Assembly (NCBI GenBank): GCA_964016885.1
Contig: OZ024742.1
Location: forward strand, 272,304,001-272,368,000
Source of the DNA: Eledone cirrhosa
Lineage: Eukaryota
Length of the DNA stretch: 64,000 nt
Direction: 5' to 3'
The position numbers and the translations under genes are program-made. Shown piece by piece: positions 1 to 11,399 of the stretch. The notes below the pieces were generated by a model. That model made no database searches. It saw only the letters and a program-made list of their open reading frames with translations, and was not told the origin of the DNA. Each line of letters starts with the position of its first letter. The first letter of the stretch is position 1.

Positions 1-84
1 ACAATGATACACACGCACACACACGTACTTGTTTATTTATTCAGGTGTGTATGTATCCATACATCGACAAAGGATCATATGGCG

Positions 85-218
85 AAAGAGAGAGATAAAG
101 CGAGAGAGAGAGAGAGAAAGAGAGAGAAATATAAAGAGAGCGAGAGAGAAAGAGAGAGAGATAGAGAGAGAGAAAGAGATAGATAGAGAGAGAGATAGAG
201 AGCGAGAGAGAGAGAGAG
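85..218. repeat. (AG)n microsatellite
   Basis: Imperfect AG dinucleotide run; explains the RE-rich ORFs at 4..274. Confidence 0.95.
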
Positions 219-1018
219 TGGGGGGGGGGGGGTTGATTGATCCATCTTCATTTCCTGAATTGAATTCTGTATAATTTCTTGTCAGTGAAGTATAAAATAG
301 TTTGGGATATATAAAGTATTAAGGTAATGTCGGGTAATCTAAGGAAAATCGAAATCTTAGGAATGTTTGAATTTGTTTTGTTAAGAGTAGTTAACATTGC
401 TTTACGAGTAAATTGTTCATTCCTTACTAAAGCTAGTGTCGTTACATAATTGGTTGTATATGGTTGTTGGGGAAATAAAGGATATATCATTCAACCTGAT
501 TGGTCCCTTGCCCTATTGTTAAATAGTATAAATTTGATTAAGTGCCCAGAAATGGAAGGGGATTATCAAATCCTGTCTCCAATTGTTGCAAATGAGAATA
601 AAGTGCACCAATCATAATTGTTAGATGTTATAATGTGGATATATTACAAGCGTGACAAAGGGAATCTATTCGACGATTAATTTGAAAACTGAAAATTTAA
701 AGCGATGTGAATAATGCGCTAACAGAAATCTGAAGCTGTTTTTTTTTTATATGGACGCACACGCAGACGCGAACAAGTGTTCATGTATGTATGCGTGGAC
801 GTGTGTATATATATAGAGAGCTTCATTTGATTTACTTCGTTGAGATGAAATACCGATGTGATTGAATACGTCATTTGAATTGCATTGAATGAGAAAGCCA
901 AAGAGATTCTGGCGACAGGTTGTAAATTATAACATGTACCAGATCATTCTTAAGGGTATACGCATGTTTATTAGAATATATCTATCATTTACACACATAC
1001 ACACACGCACACACACAA

Positions 1019-1049
<31 letters not shown>

Positions 1050-1176
1050 TACACCAACGCACGCACATACACACACACACACATATCCTTATGTTTAAAA
1101 CAAGCGACTCCCTGTTAGATTCATTCAAATATCCATATATATGAATATATATATATATGCATATATATATATATCG

Positions 1177-2228
1177 ATTATGCATTGTTGCATAATATAT
1201 GCAGACGGAGGGTGCAGTGCACCTTACTGCTGCATTGAGTGTGGCTGAAACTCGAGTCCGGGAACTATTATAGGCACCCGTTTTACGTGTGTTGTATTGA
1301 AGCGAATAACTAAGTGTATACTCTGGGAATGTATCTTATATTGCCCATTGAGTACGCTGAGATACAACCGGTCCTGGAATTGATAAATATGCTGGGTCCG
1401 TCAACTCCTTATTATTATTATCTCCCAACTAGCGGACTAATGAGAGTAAGTTAAACAATTGTTCACTTTTTTTTAATTTTTGTTTTGTTTTGACATGGGC
1501 TCTAATTTCCTGCTATTTTATCTCTCACTCTTTTAAGTTGTGAAATAGACTGGTTTTATGCACGCGGCTGCCGCATTTCAGCTCGTTACTATATATCGCT
1601 CTATAATATATAACGGCATTTAAAGTCCGTTAAAGGTTCTTTGCACAACCATTGTTACTATCACTTTCCTCTAGCTATGGGACTTGGAGATTTGAGCCGA
1701 ATGCTAACATTCTATTATACATCGATGTGGGACTGCTATTTCTAATAACCATCTTTTCACCTCTTATTAATTTGTGTGTGAGAAACGTTGGCTGAGAGAT
1801 TTTGACGGGAACGAAAAGATTTGTTTTCTATTCTCCCGCCACAACTAAAGTTTGTAAATCGGTGGCTAGTCGAGGGACAGGGTCGTATCTAAATCCAGTT
1901 GCTAATCGCTTTAGTGTCGGCCGTCACAAACAGTCATGGACGGCATGGGCTGGGGTTTGGATTCTGTCGATCGATTGGTTATTGATTAGTCAATACTCGC
2001 TGATGAAGCCGCATATGCTGATTATGCATTGTTGGAAAATGTATGCAGACTCAGGGTTCATTGCACCTTACTGCTGCATTAGGTGTGGCCGAAACTCGAG
2101 TCCGGGAACTATTATAGGCACCTGTTTTACGTGTGTTTTATTGAAGCGAATAACTATATGTATACTCTATTGAGAACGCTGAGATACAACCGGTACTGTC
2201 ATTGATAGATGTGCTGGGTCCGTGAACT

Positions 2229-2232
<4 letters not shown>
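1177..2232 (+). mobile_element. Non-coding HHR-bearing element with ~220-bp direct terminal repeat (pLTR-like, 844-bp period)
   Basis: 1177-1410 repeats 2020-2232 (GAAACTCGAGTC at 1247 and 2091); flanked by (TA)n; no credible ORF. Confidence 0.7.
1996..2106 (+). ncRNA. Type I hammerhead ribozyme with extended stem II
   Basis: CTCG-CTGATGA(2000-2006)-AGCCGCAT..~70 nt..GTGTGGCC-GAAACTCGAGTC-CGGG; palindromic stem III ACTCGAGT, GUC site. Confidence 0.7.
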
Positions 2233-2324
<92 letters not shown>

Positions 2325-2407
2325 CAGGTAAACAGAAATAACAACACAATCGGTTCTGTATATGGAAAGAATATATTAGGTTAACACTTGAAATAGCAGG
2401 AAAGGGG

Positions 2408-2443
2408 TCTTGATGATTCGGACGCTAGTCCTTCATCAGAAGA
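2408..2443 (-). ncRNA. Degenerate minimal hammerhead ribozyme
   Basis: Minus strand TCTT-CTGATGA-AGGAC TAGC GTCC-GAATCATC-AAGA; stems I and II pair, GAAACGTC-like segment has two changes. Confidence 0.5.
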
Positions 2444-2869
2444 AAGAATGATAAATTAGAAAGATTGAAGGGACAGGTGTGGTGGAATTAGAGAAAAATG
2501 TTTTCAGATAAAAATAGCAGGTTCATTTATGTTGCCTTCTCTTGGAAAACTCTAACGGTAAGAAGGTTAAGAACACATAGTCCATAAGACGAGATTTATA
2601 TAAATTGATTTGGCCGCTGTCCTTAAGAAAAGAAGTATATTCTGAGTAAATGGATTAGACCTAAGTAACAGTTCTAGAATTATATTTAAATACACAGTCT
2701 ATTTTGTATATCAAGGAAATTGGGTTCTTGAAGTTAGCTTGTAAATTTTTTTTTTTATATAAATATTTCGTATCTCCAAAGAAATACGGTTTTAGGAAGC
2801 CGTAGCTATCCAAACACCGGGGGTGGGGGCTAACGCCCTCTGGTGATGTCCAGATGAAGCAAGGAGGAC

Positions 2870-2915
2870 AACTGTCTATGCATTTCAGGTTTAACTGGCC
2901 TTCGTCAGGACGGTT
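2870..2915 (-). ncRNA. Hammerhead ribozyme, family A
   Basis: AACCGTC-CTGACGA-AGG..CCT-GAAATGCATA-GACAGTT (one stem I mismatch). Confidence 0.75.
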
Positions 2916-3198
2916 CCTCCCACCGCTTGCGACTGCTGGACTAGAAGACAGGCGAGAATATATATTTTTCTCGTCTGTGTAAATGAGGTGATTAATGACA
3001 TTTGCATATGAAACTGCATAAGTTGGCTCAACGTATAATAAAAAAGAAATAGGATTTCGCTTCAAGCATAGCTTCATACAATATGTATAAATATTTCGTC
3101 TCTCCAAAGAAATACGGTTTTAGGAAGCCGTAGCTATGCAAACGCCGGGGGGGGGGGGATATCGCTCACTGGTGATATTCAGCAGAAGAAAAGGGGAC

Positions 3199-3245
3199 AA
3201 CCATGTATGCATTTCAGGCTTAACTGGCCTTCGTCAGGACGGTCC
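3199..3245 (-). ncRNA. Hammerhead ribozyme, family A (weakened stem I)
   Basis: GACCGTC-CTGACGA-AGGC..GCCT-GAAATGCATA-CATGGTT. Confidence 0.65.
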
Positions 3246-3362
3246 CTCCCACCGCTTGCGATTGCTGGACTAGAAGACAGGCGAGAATATATACTTTTCT
3301 CGTCTGTGTAAATGAGGTGATTAATGACATTTGCATATGAAGCTGCATAAGTTGGTGGGAGG

Positions 3363-3408
3363 GACCGTCCTGACGAAGGCCAGTTAAGCCTGAAATGCAT
3401 AGACGGTT
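3363..3408 (+). ncRNA. Hammerhead ribozyme, family A (intact)
   Basis: GACCGTC-CTGACGA-AGGC CAGTTAA GCCT-GAAATGCATA-GACGGTT; palindromic stem III ATGCAT; predicted AUA cleavage after 3401. Confidence 0.88.
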
Positions 3409-3865
3409 ATCCTCCTTGCTTGTGCTGGACATCACCAGAGGGCGTTAGTCCTAACCCCCTCCCCACGGTGTTTGCATAGCTACGGATTCCTAAATCCGTA
3501 TTTCTTTGGAGATACGAAATATTTATACATATTGTATAAAGCTATGCTTGAAGCGAAATCCTATTTCTATTTTTCTTCTATTTTTCTTCAATCTTGACTG
3601 TAGTCACGCAAGAGATACCTCCCCTGATCTTACCATTTGATTAAAAAAACCAAAACAAATTCAACTAATTCTTAAATTACCTGCCTCTCTTATGATATAA
3701 TTGTGAAACGATATAACAATGAAACCCAGCCGGCCCTCCTTATTATTTTTTTTCTTTCTTATGTCAAGCTGGATTCTATCTTGAGTTAAAAACCCCAAAT
3801 AGACCCTTATAATCAAAATAGCTCAAGGAAAAAACGTTTTCCGAACCTTATAATATAATATATAA

Positions 3866-4050
3866 TTGTTTCTACATTTGACACAAGGCCAGCAATTACC
3901 AAGTACATTACTGTACTTTATTTTATCGACTCCGTAAGGATGAAAGGAAAGTGAAACTCGGCGGGATTTGAACTTAGACGGTAAAGGGAGGTAACTATGC
4001 TGGAATGCATGGCGTCCGACTCTCTACCGATACTGCCAATCCACCGCCTT
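3866..4050 (-). mobile_element. tRNA-derived SINE
   Basis: A-box-like TGGCAGTATCGG, B-box GTTCAAATCC, conserved CCTTTCATCCTTACGG..TCGATAAAATAAAGTAC core; same family as 38005, 41972, 46974, 51466, 55926. Confidence 0.85.
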
Positions 4051-4393
4051 ATATTATAATATATAATAAAGAGAGACAAGCACAGATATATATATACATA
4101 TATGCGTTCAAATCCCAAGGGACGTTATAAGGCTCGGATTTTTTTTTATTCTTTGAGCTATTTTAATTATAAGGGACTATTGTGAGTTTATAACACAACA
4201 TATACTTTTTATAAACTAGCTCCTAAAAAGTTGGCGAGCTTTAAATGTCGAGTGAATATGGCTTCTATGTTCAATAACATACGTTTTACTTGACCCGCTA
4301 GGCACGGAATACCATGTGTATTTTTTTCTCTCTTAAAACACGCGCATAATTTAGTCTTCTAACCTATTTAGGAGTGAAGGGATTAGTAATCTC

Positions 4394-4474
4394 CACATCC
4401 ACTGAAGAGCCATCGGATTTGTAATTCACTCCGCCTATTTGCGAAACATTCATCCCAAAAGCTGTCTGGATGTG
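4394..4474 (+). ncRNA. Type I hammerhead ribozyme
   Basis: CACATCCA-CTGAAGA-GC..CGGA..TCCG..GC-GAAACA..TGTC-TGGATGTG; perfect 8-bp stem I, GUC at 4464-4466. Confidence 0.8.
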
Positions 4475-4638
4475 ATAGTTACAATAATTCGATTTGTAAT
4501 TCTTAATATATCCTTTTAATTGAGTCTAACAAACCGTATTATTCCTAGATAGGGTTTTCTTCACCCTGGTGGTTTAAAGTCCCTTGTGATTTGAACACAT
4601 CTATGTATATATTTGTCTTTGTCTCTCTTTAATATATG

Positions 4639-4812
<174 letters not shown>

Positions 4813-6042
4813 ATCGAGATGGAATTGAGGGTATATATTGACGAACATAGTGAGTTCAATTACATTCCCAATGCTAAGGTAATATTAGTCAATATTGTCC
4901 ATGTAAAGTCCACATACAATACATTATCCATACGTTTTCGGATGAAGTAAGAGGGAGGGGGAGGGGGGGCTCGATACCTGGCCTCTTTGCGAAATGCCGG
5001 TTGTTTTGAATAGTAGTTAGATGGTAAAAATCTCTCACATTTGCGCCTGCGCAGAACTTTGGAGGAAATTAGTGCTCACAACGAAACGGGCAAAGGCTAT
5101 AAGAACAACATCTTTGCCGTTCCTTTGTCACTTTAAATGAGATTGCCGCGAGACCGTAACATTAATATCTATGACGCTGTCTGATGAGATCACGCACTGG
5201 TTCGGCAGAATCACGTGGCCACTGCAGTGGTAATGCTGCAGTTATAGTCAACACCAGCAACAAGAAGAGAAAGAGAGAAAGCGATAAACAAATAAGTGAA
5301 GACTTCTCTATATATATGTATGTAAACCATGTTATTTTATACCATATTCTTATTAATATACGACTTAATTCCAATATAAATTGTATTATACACTTCCGTT
5401 ACATGTAGACGTCCCCGTGGCTGAAACCAGTACGGTAGATTACATATTTATAAGTTTATAGATCAATATTTTGCTGTTATTCTATGAGAAAATACAATTA
5501 GCATTTTCTATTTCTGTTGTACCTTTTTACAATTATATACACACAAACACACACACGCACACACACATATATATATAATTTGCTAGCATTGATATGCATC
5601 TGTGTGTATATAAATGTTACTAGATATAAATTCCTTATAATTATCTCCAATTCATTTGTCGAGCAATATTTGGCCATGACTGCTACTATGGTAGTAAGCT
5701 GGCCGCTGTCTTAATAACCACTCGCTTTCCACTGATTGACCTCGATGTCACGTGATTGATTCTTTTTGAATTTGCCACAGACGTAGAGGCAGTGATTTTC
5801 TCAATGGCTTGGAATCCAGTCCACGCTTCGCTATTTCCATTCCACTGAATTATTTTTTTAATAAGTTTCCAGTGTCCTCGCTATGCCTGGAGACCTATAC
5901 GGAAAAAGACTTTCCTGATGACGGAATGATTTTCTATATGTTTCTTCGGAAAATATATTTACTCCATTCCAGAATCTAATTAGTTGGAAGTGATTTTTTA
6001 GTAAGTAAGTTAATTTTATAATTTTCTTATTTTACGTCTCTC

Positions 6043-6167
<125 letters not shown>

Positions 6168-6287
6168 GAGGGAGAGAGGGAGAGAGAGGGAGGTATATCA
6201 CTGGAAGGTAATATCCGTAGTGGTAGAGCACTCTGTGCATGGGACGAGTTAGGTAGATTTTGTAACACAACAGTTAGTTCACCATAG

Positions 6288-6325
6288 CGAGAACAATTGT
6301 TTCACCATAGCGGATCTTCAGCTCG
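6288..6325 (-). ncRNA. Minimal hammerhead ribozyme in PLE 3' UTR
   Basis: CGAG-CTGAAGA-TCC GCTAT GGT-GAAACAATTGTT-CTCG; palindromic stem III ACAATTGT; ~170 nt downstream of the GIY-YIG stop on the same strand. Confidence 0.78.
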
Positions 6326-6493
6326 TAATGGTCATGGTTATACGAGACAGGAAGGACAACCGTATGAACGTGCATGCACAGAAACGGTCAATTCACCCAG
6401 GCAATGCAAACATGCGGGCGAGAGGTGTAAGGGAGATAACTGCGAAAGTCCGAAAGGTTCCAGTTGATAAGAACATTACGATTTTACTGTTAT

Positions 6494-7205
6494 TCAATCC
6501 AGAGCTTTGTAGTTATGTAAGAGTGGTTTCCAGAAATGTGGACAGCATGTGATGATTTCATTACTTGAGTTTAGGTAATCGCTATTGCGTAATCTCTTTA
6601 GAATTGTTATCCGTTCAACAATACATAGTCCACAAGACGGATTGCCCCTTGCATATGGATTGGACTTGGTGATGTCTTTCCATTGAATGGAATACTCTAT
6701 ACTTGAGACCTTGAGGGACCATACGTGTCTAACGAGTTTAGTGAATGATCGTGTGTCCGGGTACCTAAAGGTCGACTGATGATTCAGGAAGCGTTCCTTA
6801 AATCGGGCCTCCGCCATACGCACATAAGATTTGACATTCTGTGGTTTATTTGGTCAGTTGGAAGTGACCATAGCTTCATAAACTACAGCGGGTCTGTTGC
6901 ATTGCTGTTGGAGGGGACAAGATTTAGGCTTTCGGCAAGAGCACCCTGGTGGGATGTTGATTTTAGGGCTGTTGGTGATGTGGGCCTTCATATTCTTAGC
7001 GCAGAAGTACTCTAGTTTTAAGTGTATCTGATAAAGATGGAACGGTATTTGTGACCTATGGGAACGTGTCTATCTAAGAGGGCTAAAACTGTTTTTCTTA
7101 CATTAGTATTAATGTTGAGTGATAAGTGAGGAGAGAACCTGATAGTTTGTCTATTGTTAGGCTTTCTTTTCTTATTGCCGTTGACGTTAGTGGGAGAGTA
7201 AGAAA
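6494..7205 (-). pseudogene. Penelope-like element (Naiad-like) Cys-rich linker and GIY-YIG endonuclease, disrupted
   Basis: CSCRKPKSCPLQQQC..AVVY..YV(R)MAEARFKERFLNH..CGLC..E..LN..CCPH; one in-frame stop. Confidence 0.85.
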
Positions 7206-7209
7206 GATC

Positions 7210-7661
7210 ACAAGGTAGACTTTACTTCTAGTCCCACGTGTAGACTACTAAACGCGGCACACACGGATATTGGACTAGTCAGTAAGCCTATACTTAGACA
7301 CATAGTTAAGGCCATTAAGACCAAGTCCAACCTGTCCCAGTGGGATAATAGCGACTCCGTCATTAAGTGGTTTAAATCCTTCAAATCCAAAAAAGCGATG
7401 TTCACGCAATTCGACATTGTAGTGTTTTACCCGTCGATCTCAGAGACTCTGTTAAACAAAGCGTTGGGCATTGCTACCACTTACACTACCATCCATGATT
7501 TAGACAAGGAAATCATCGCTCACTGCCGGAAAACCCTCCTCTTCAACAACGGAGTAGCCTGGGCAAAGAAGTCAACCACCTCAAAACTATTCGACGTCTC
7601 CATGGGATTGTTTGACAGTGCTGACGTCTGCGACTTGGTTGGCCTATTTATTTTAGAATAA
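7210..7661 (+). pseudogene. Penelope-like element (Naiad-like) RT fragment, inverted relative to its 3' part
   Basis: FTQFDIVVFYPSIS..FDVSMGLFDSADVCDLVGLFIL. Confidence 0.85.
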
Positions 7662-8745
7662 AAGCGAACGGACCCGCTCTGAGTATGTGCCTGTAGACTG
7701 AGGAGTGGGAAAATTGCGACAGGGCACTTGCCCTGGTGGTCAGGGGTTCATGGCCTTTTGGTGTGGTTTTCGCCACGAGTGACACTCGGTGGTTTCCCCC
7801 TTTTTGGGTAATTTTTGTTATTTGAATTTTTTTTATTTCTAGTCCAATTTTGTTATAACCTGTTTACACGACAAAAACCCACTTGTATCTTCCTGTACTA
7901 TCCAGGAAGGTCTCTAATGTTATTCTTTGTGATAGCCCACGGCCTATGGATAACTTCCAGAAATACCTGGCCTAGCAGTTCTACCGGGGAGCGTTGCCGG
8001 TTCGAGATAAGCTCTAATGGCACAGAAGAGCCGTCAGCCGATTATTTCCGAGATGTGAGCAGAACGACGAAACCGTCGTGCACGCACTCGATCTGTGCCC
8101 GAGCATTGCTGGCTTGTGGAGCAGTTGCTGTCGCGTGTAGGACCGATCTGGTTATCGACTGAGTCCATCGTGCAGAAGATCTCACCGTCTTCCTCCGAGG
8201 AGGAAGGCCAGGCGGTTTTCATCTGCCTGGTGGCTATGGCGAAAGAGATTGTGTGCTAGACAAGGTTGAAAGTGTTAAAGACAGACACTTTCCTCTTCAG
8301 CGAATCCCTGATTAACTTTTTCAAGTTTCACTTGAAGAGGAGAATACGGGTGGAGAGGCAAGTGCTGCCTACTAGCAAGTTTGTTCAAAGGTGGGTGAAT
8401 GTAGCGAGAATGTCAGAGTGAGCGGTACCGCTCTGAATATACGCTTGTAGTTTGAGGAATAGGAAAAACATTGAGAGGGGGCGCTTGGCCTGGTGGTCAG
8501 TGTGGCCATGGTCTTTTGTGTGGTTTTCGCTACGAGTAACCCTCGGAGTTTCCCCCTATTGGGGAATGTTTCATTGTTTCAATTTTCATTGTTATTGTCT
8601 ATATATATATATATATATGTTTCTGTCTTTTTTTTCTTTTCTTATATAAATAATAAAAATCTTTACATGCACAAAAAGCCCACATCGTACCGTCCTGTAG
8701 CGTCCTGTGCCGTCTGTAATGTTTTTCTTGATGTCAGAAAATCAT
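7662..8745 (+). mobile_element. Tx1/L1-type LINE 3' fragments (extra 3' UTR piece, then ORF2 zinc-knuckle region and 3' UTR)
   Basis: Homologous to the 28548-29270 minus copy (VRDKL..PRC..DET..HAL..CP; AVFICLVAMAK); ends in an ATT tail. Confidence 0.8.
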
Positions 8746-8749
8746 TATT

Positions 8750-10570
8750 ATTAGTATTGTTCTTTGAGTCATTGATGTTAGTTAACTGGAAAGTTTGTTG
8801 AAATGAATATCAAGCCACTACCTGCAGCCCCAGATATTCAGGACGTATCGGAGGGTTCTTGCTGTTCCCAGCAAGCATGCCTTTTTAAGTGTTGCAAAAA
8901 GCGGGGCGGGACGTATTTTCTTTAACCATCCTTGGAAACTCTTTGAGATAGTACCTAGTGCGCCTATGACAATCGGGACCACGTTGACTTCATGGCAGTT
9001 CCAAATCATTGTTACCTCCCAGTTTAAGTCCTGGTATCTGTTAATTTTCTCCCTCTCCTTCTCTTGCACTCTCGTGTCGAATGGGCAGACTACATCCACA
9101 ATCAGGCACGATTTTTTTCCTTGTCCAAAACCACCAAGTCAGGTCTATTATGTTTCAGTTTCTTGTCCGTCTGTATCTTAAAATCCCACAATACCTTCAC
9201 CTGATCGTTTTCTATCACCGACTCTGGCTTATGCTCATACCACTTCTCAGAGTGTGGGAAATTGTTAACTTTGCATAGGTGCCAGTGGATCACCCTGCCC
9301 ATCACATCATGTCTCCAACCTTTATAATGAGTCTGGGCTATGTCTTTGCACTCGGATACAATGTGAGCCACAGTCTCATCACTCTGTCTCCATAGATCCT
9401 ACACAGTGGGCTAGCCTCCACCTTGTAAATATGGTGTTTCACCCACTTCGTTTTTAGTGCCTGCTCTTACGCAGCCATTAGCATTCCTTCTGTAGCCTTT
9501 TTAAGGTCTCCTCTTTTCAACCAGTTTCAAGTCTGTGGATCTCTAAATTCAGTTTTCTCAAAGAAGGTACTATGAAGGGATTTTTCATGAAGGTTGCTCT
9601 TCCTGATTGTTGTTATTTCCTCCTTGGACATCCCCTGGTCTATTGTTCTCTCCTTCAGTACAATTCTGAGCATTGGCTCCCTACTATCAGACACATATTT
9701 GTGTCGGTTGTTTTTCTCCATCTGAACACAGTCATCTATGCTGATAAGACCTCTTCCACCTTCAGATCTCCTTCAATAGAGTCTATCGACATCACTCCTC
9801 TTGTGGGACATGTTGTATATAGTAAATAGCTTCCTAGTCTTCCTATCCATTTCTTTTTGTTCAGCAACATTCCATTTCAGAATTCCTTCACTGTACCTAA
9901 TAATAGACACAGCTCGGTAATTTGCTGCACTTATGGCATTCCTACTGTTCAGATGTGACTTTAATACGCTCCTTACTCTGCGAATTTATTCAGATCTTAT
10001 CAATTCCTTCATTTTGTTTTTGTTCTTGATGTCATCTGCCTCCAGAACACCTAAATATCTGTATCCTTCTTCAGAGTCAATTTCCTTTATCATCTCACCT
10101 GTTGGTACCTGGATTCCGTTGCTTCTGCTCAATTTACCCCTCTACATCACAAGGACTCCACACTTACTAATACCAAATTGCATACATATATCATTGCTGA
10201 AAATACGGACAGTGTCAACCAACTCCTTCTCACTCTTCCCGAAGAGCTTAAGATCATCCATGAAGAGGAGGTGATTGATGGTAAGCTCTCCCTTTCCCAA
10301 CTTGTATCCTGCTCTCACTTTTCGCAGTATAATGGTCTGGGGGGTTCAGGGCAAGGATAACCAACAGAGGGGACAAACTATCTCCCTGGAAGATACCCCT
10401 CTTGATCTTCACGACTCCCAGTGATTCCCCACCCGATGTTAACTCTGTTTTCCAGGACTTCATACATGTGCTCAACAACTGTCTGATGTTATATGCCACC
10501 GTGAAGATATCTAGGCTTTTGGATATCCAAGAAATAGGCACCATGTCGAATGCCTTTTTGTAATCAACCT
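8750..10570 (-). mobile_element. R4/Dong-type non-LTR retrotransposon (RT, CCHC, restriction-like endonuclease), 5'-truncated and disrupted
   Basis: RGIFQGDSLSPLL, FMDDLK, HIVSEC..RHD, NRPDLVV.DKEK, EREKINRYQDL, VVPIVIGALG; (TAA)-type tail. Confidence 0.9.
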
Positions 10571-11399
10571 TTAAATGTCTCGGCAGAAGTCATGGCAGCA
10601 AAGGAGAGAACTTTAAAATATCTCCGTTGCTGCCAACAACGGTGTCGGGGGAAGACACATCACCAGCAGCAACAGGAAATGAAACAGCACTATTGACAAC
10701 AAGGAGTATTAAGTCCACTCAGGTTGTCGTTCAAACAAGCTCTGCAAAACCTCCATCCTTTGAAACATATACTTTCAGAGCAAAACACACACAGCCGTAA
10801 ACACATTCCAACTCCCCTCTGAGACAGAGTCACAAGACACCAGTTCCTTCACGTCTCTGAGTGAAGAGGAGGGGAACCCTAAAAACCTAAAAAGCAAAAA
10901 ATGAAACCACAAAAATAAAAATAAAAGTTCAGTTTCACACACATCAACAAGCACACAAAACACCCTTTCAGCAAATACAGACAAACCTACAGCAACACCA
11001 ACTTCACAACTGTCAACAAGTACAAGTCAACACAAATAAAAGAGAACACACGCAGACACAAGCAACAACAGACACAACAAACTTCGTGTTACTAAGGAGG
11101 GCAAAAAAAAAGACATGAGGGGGCCCCTGGGAAAGAGGGAGAGATTTTGGCAGCTGCACCATCAAAGGACACCAAACTGTGGATGCTAATACATACTTAC
11201 AACAATATTAGTGAGAGCTTTCCCTTCATCATGGAGACCCTTAATGTAAAATGGACGAGCAGGCTCCTAAAGGGGTTCCTAATTATTCTTCTTTTCGTAT
11301 CCTCGAAGCATGTGGTTATATGACAGTTTCCCATTTCTTTACACAGTCTTTTGCATTATTATTTAAATTATGCGAGATCTTTTAAGCTGCACTGGTTGG

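Larger units (their letters stand above)
2758..3570. mobile_element. Retrozyme-like family A: two tandem 329-bp units (minus) plus an inverted partial unit (plus)
   Basis: CATTTCAGG at 2881 and 3210 (period 329); 3356-3570 is reverse-complementary; each unit carries an HHR. Confidence 0.8.

Noticed and set aside
5415-5445. GGCTGAAACCAGTACGGTAGAT, resembling the 3' half of an HHR
   Set aside because: No upstream CUGANGA or stem I partner found.
5910-5965. CTGATGA..CGGAA..TTCG-GAAAATATATTT hammerhead-like string
   Set aside because: No stem I complement after the putative cleavage site.
6855-6857. In-frame TGA in the Naiad-like endonuclease as possible selenocysteine (some Naiads encode selenoproteins)
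   Set aside because: It lies in a variable loop (VTSN*PNK), not at a conserved Cys; the conserved Cys here and in 22752-23602 are TGT/TGC. More likely decay.
10575-11290. A/C-rich low-complexity stretch resembling a LINE ORF1-ORF2 junction
   Set aside because: No diagnostic motif I can support.
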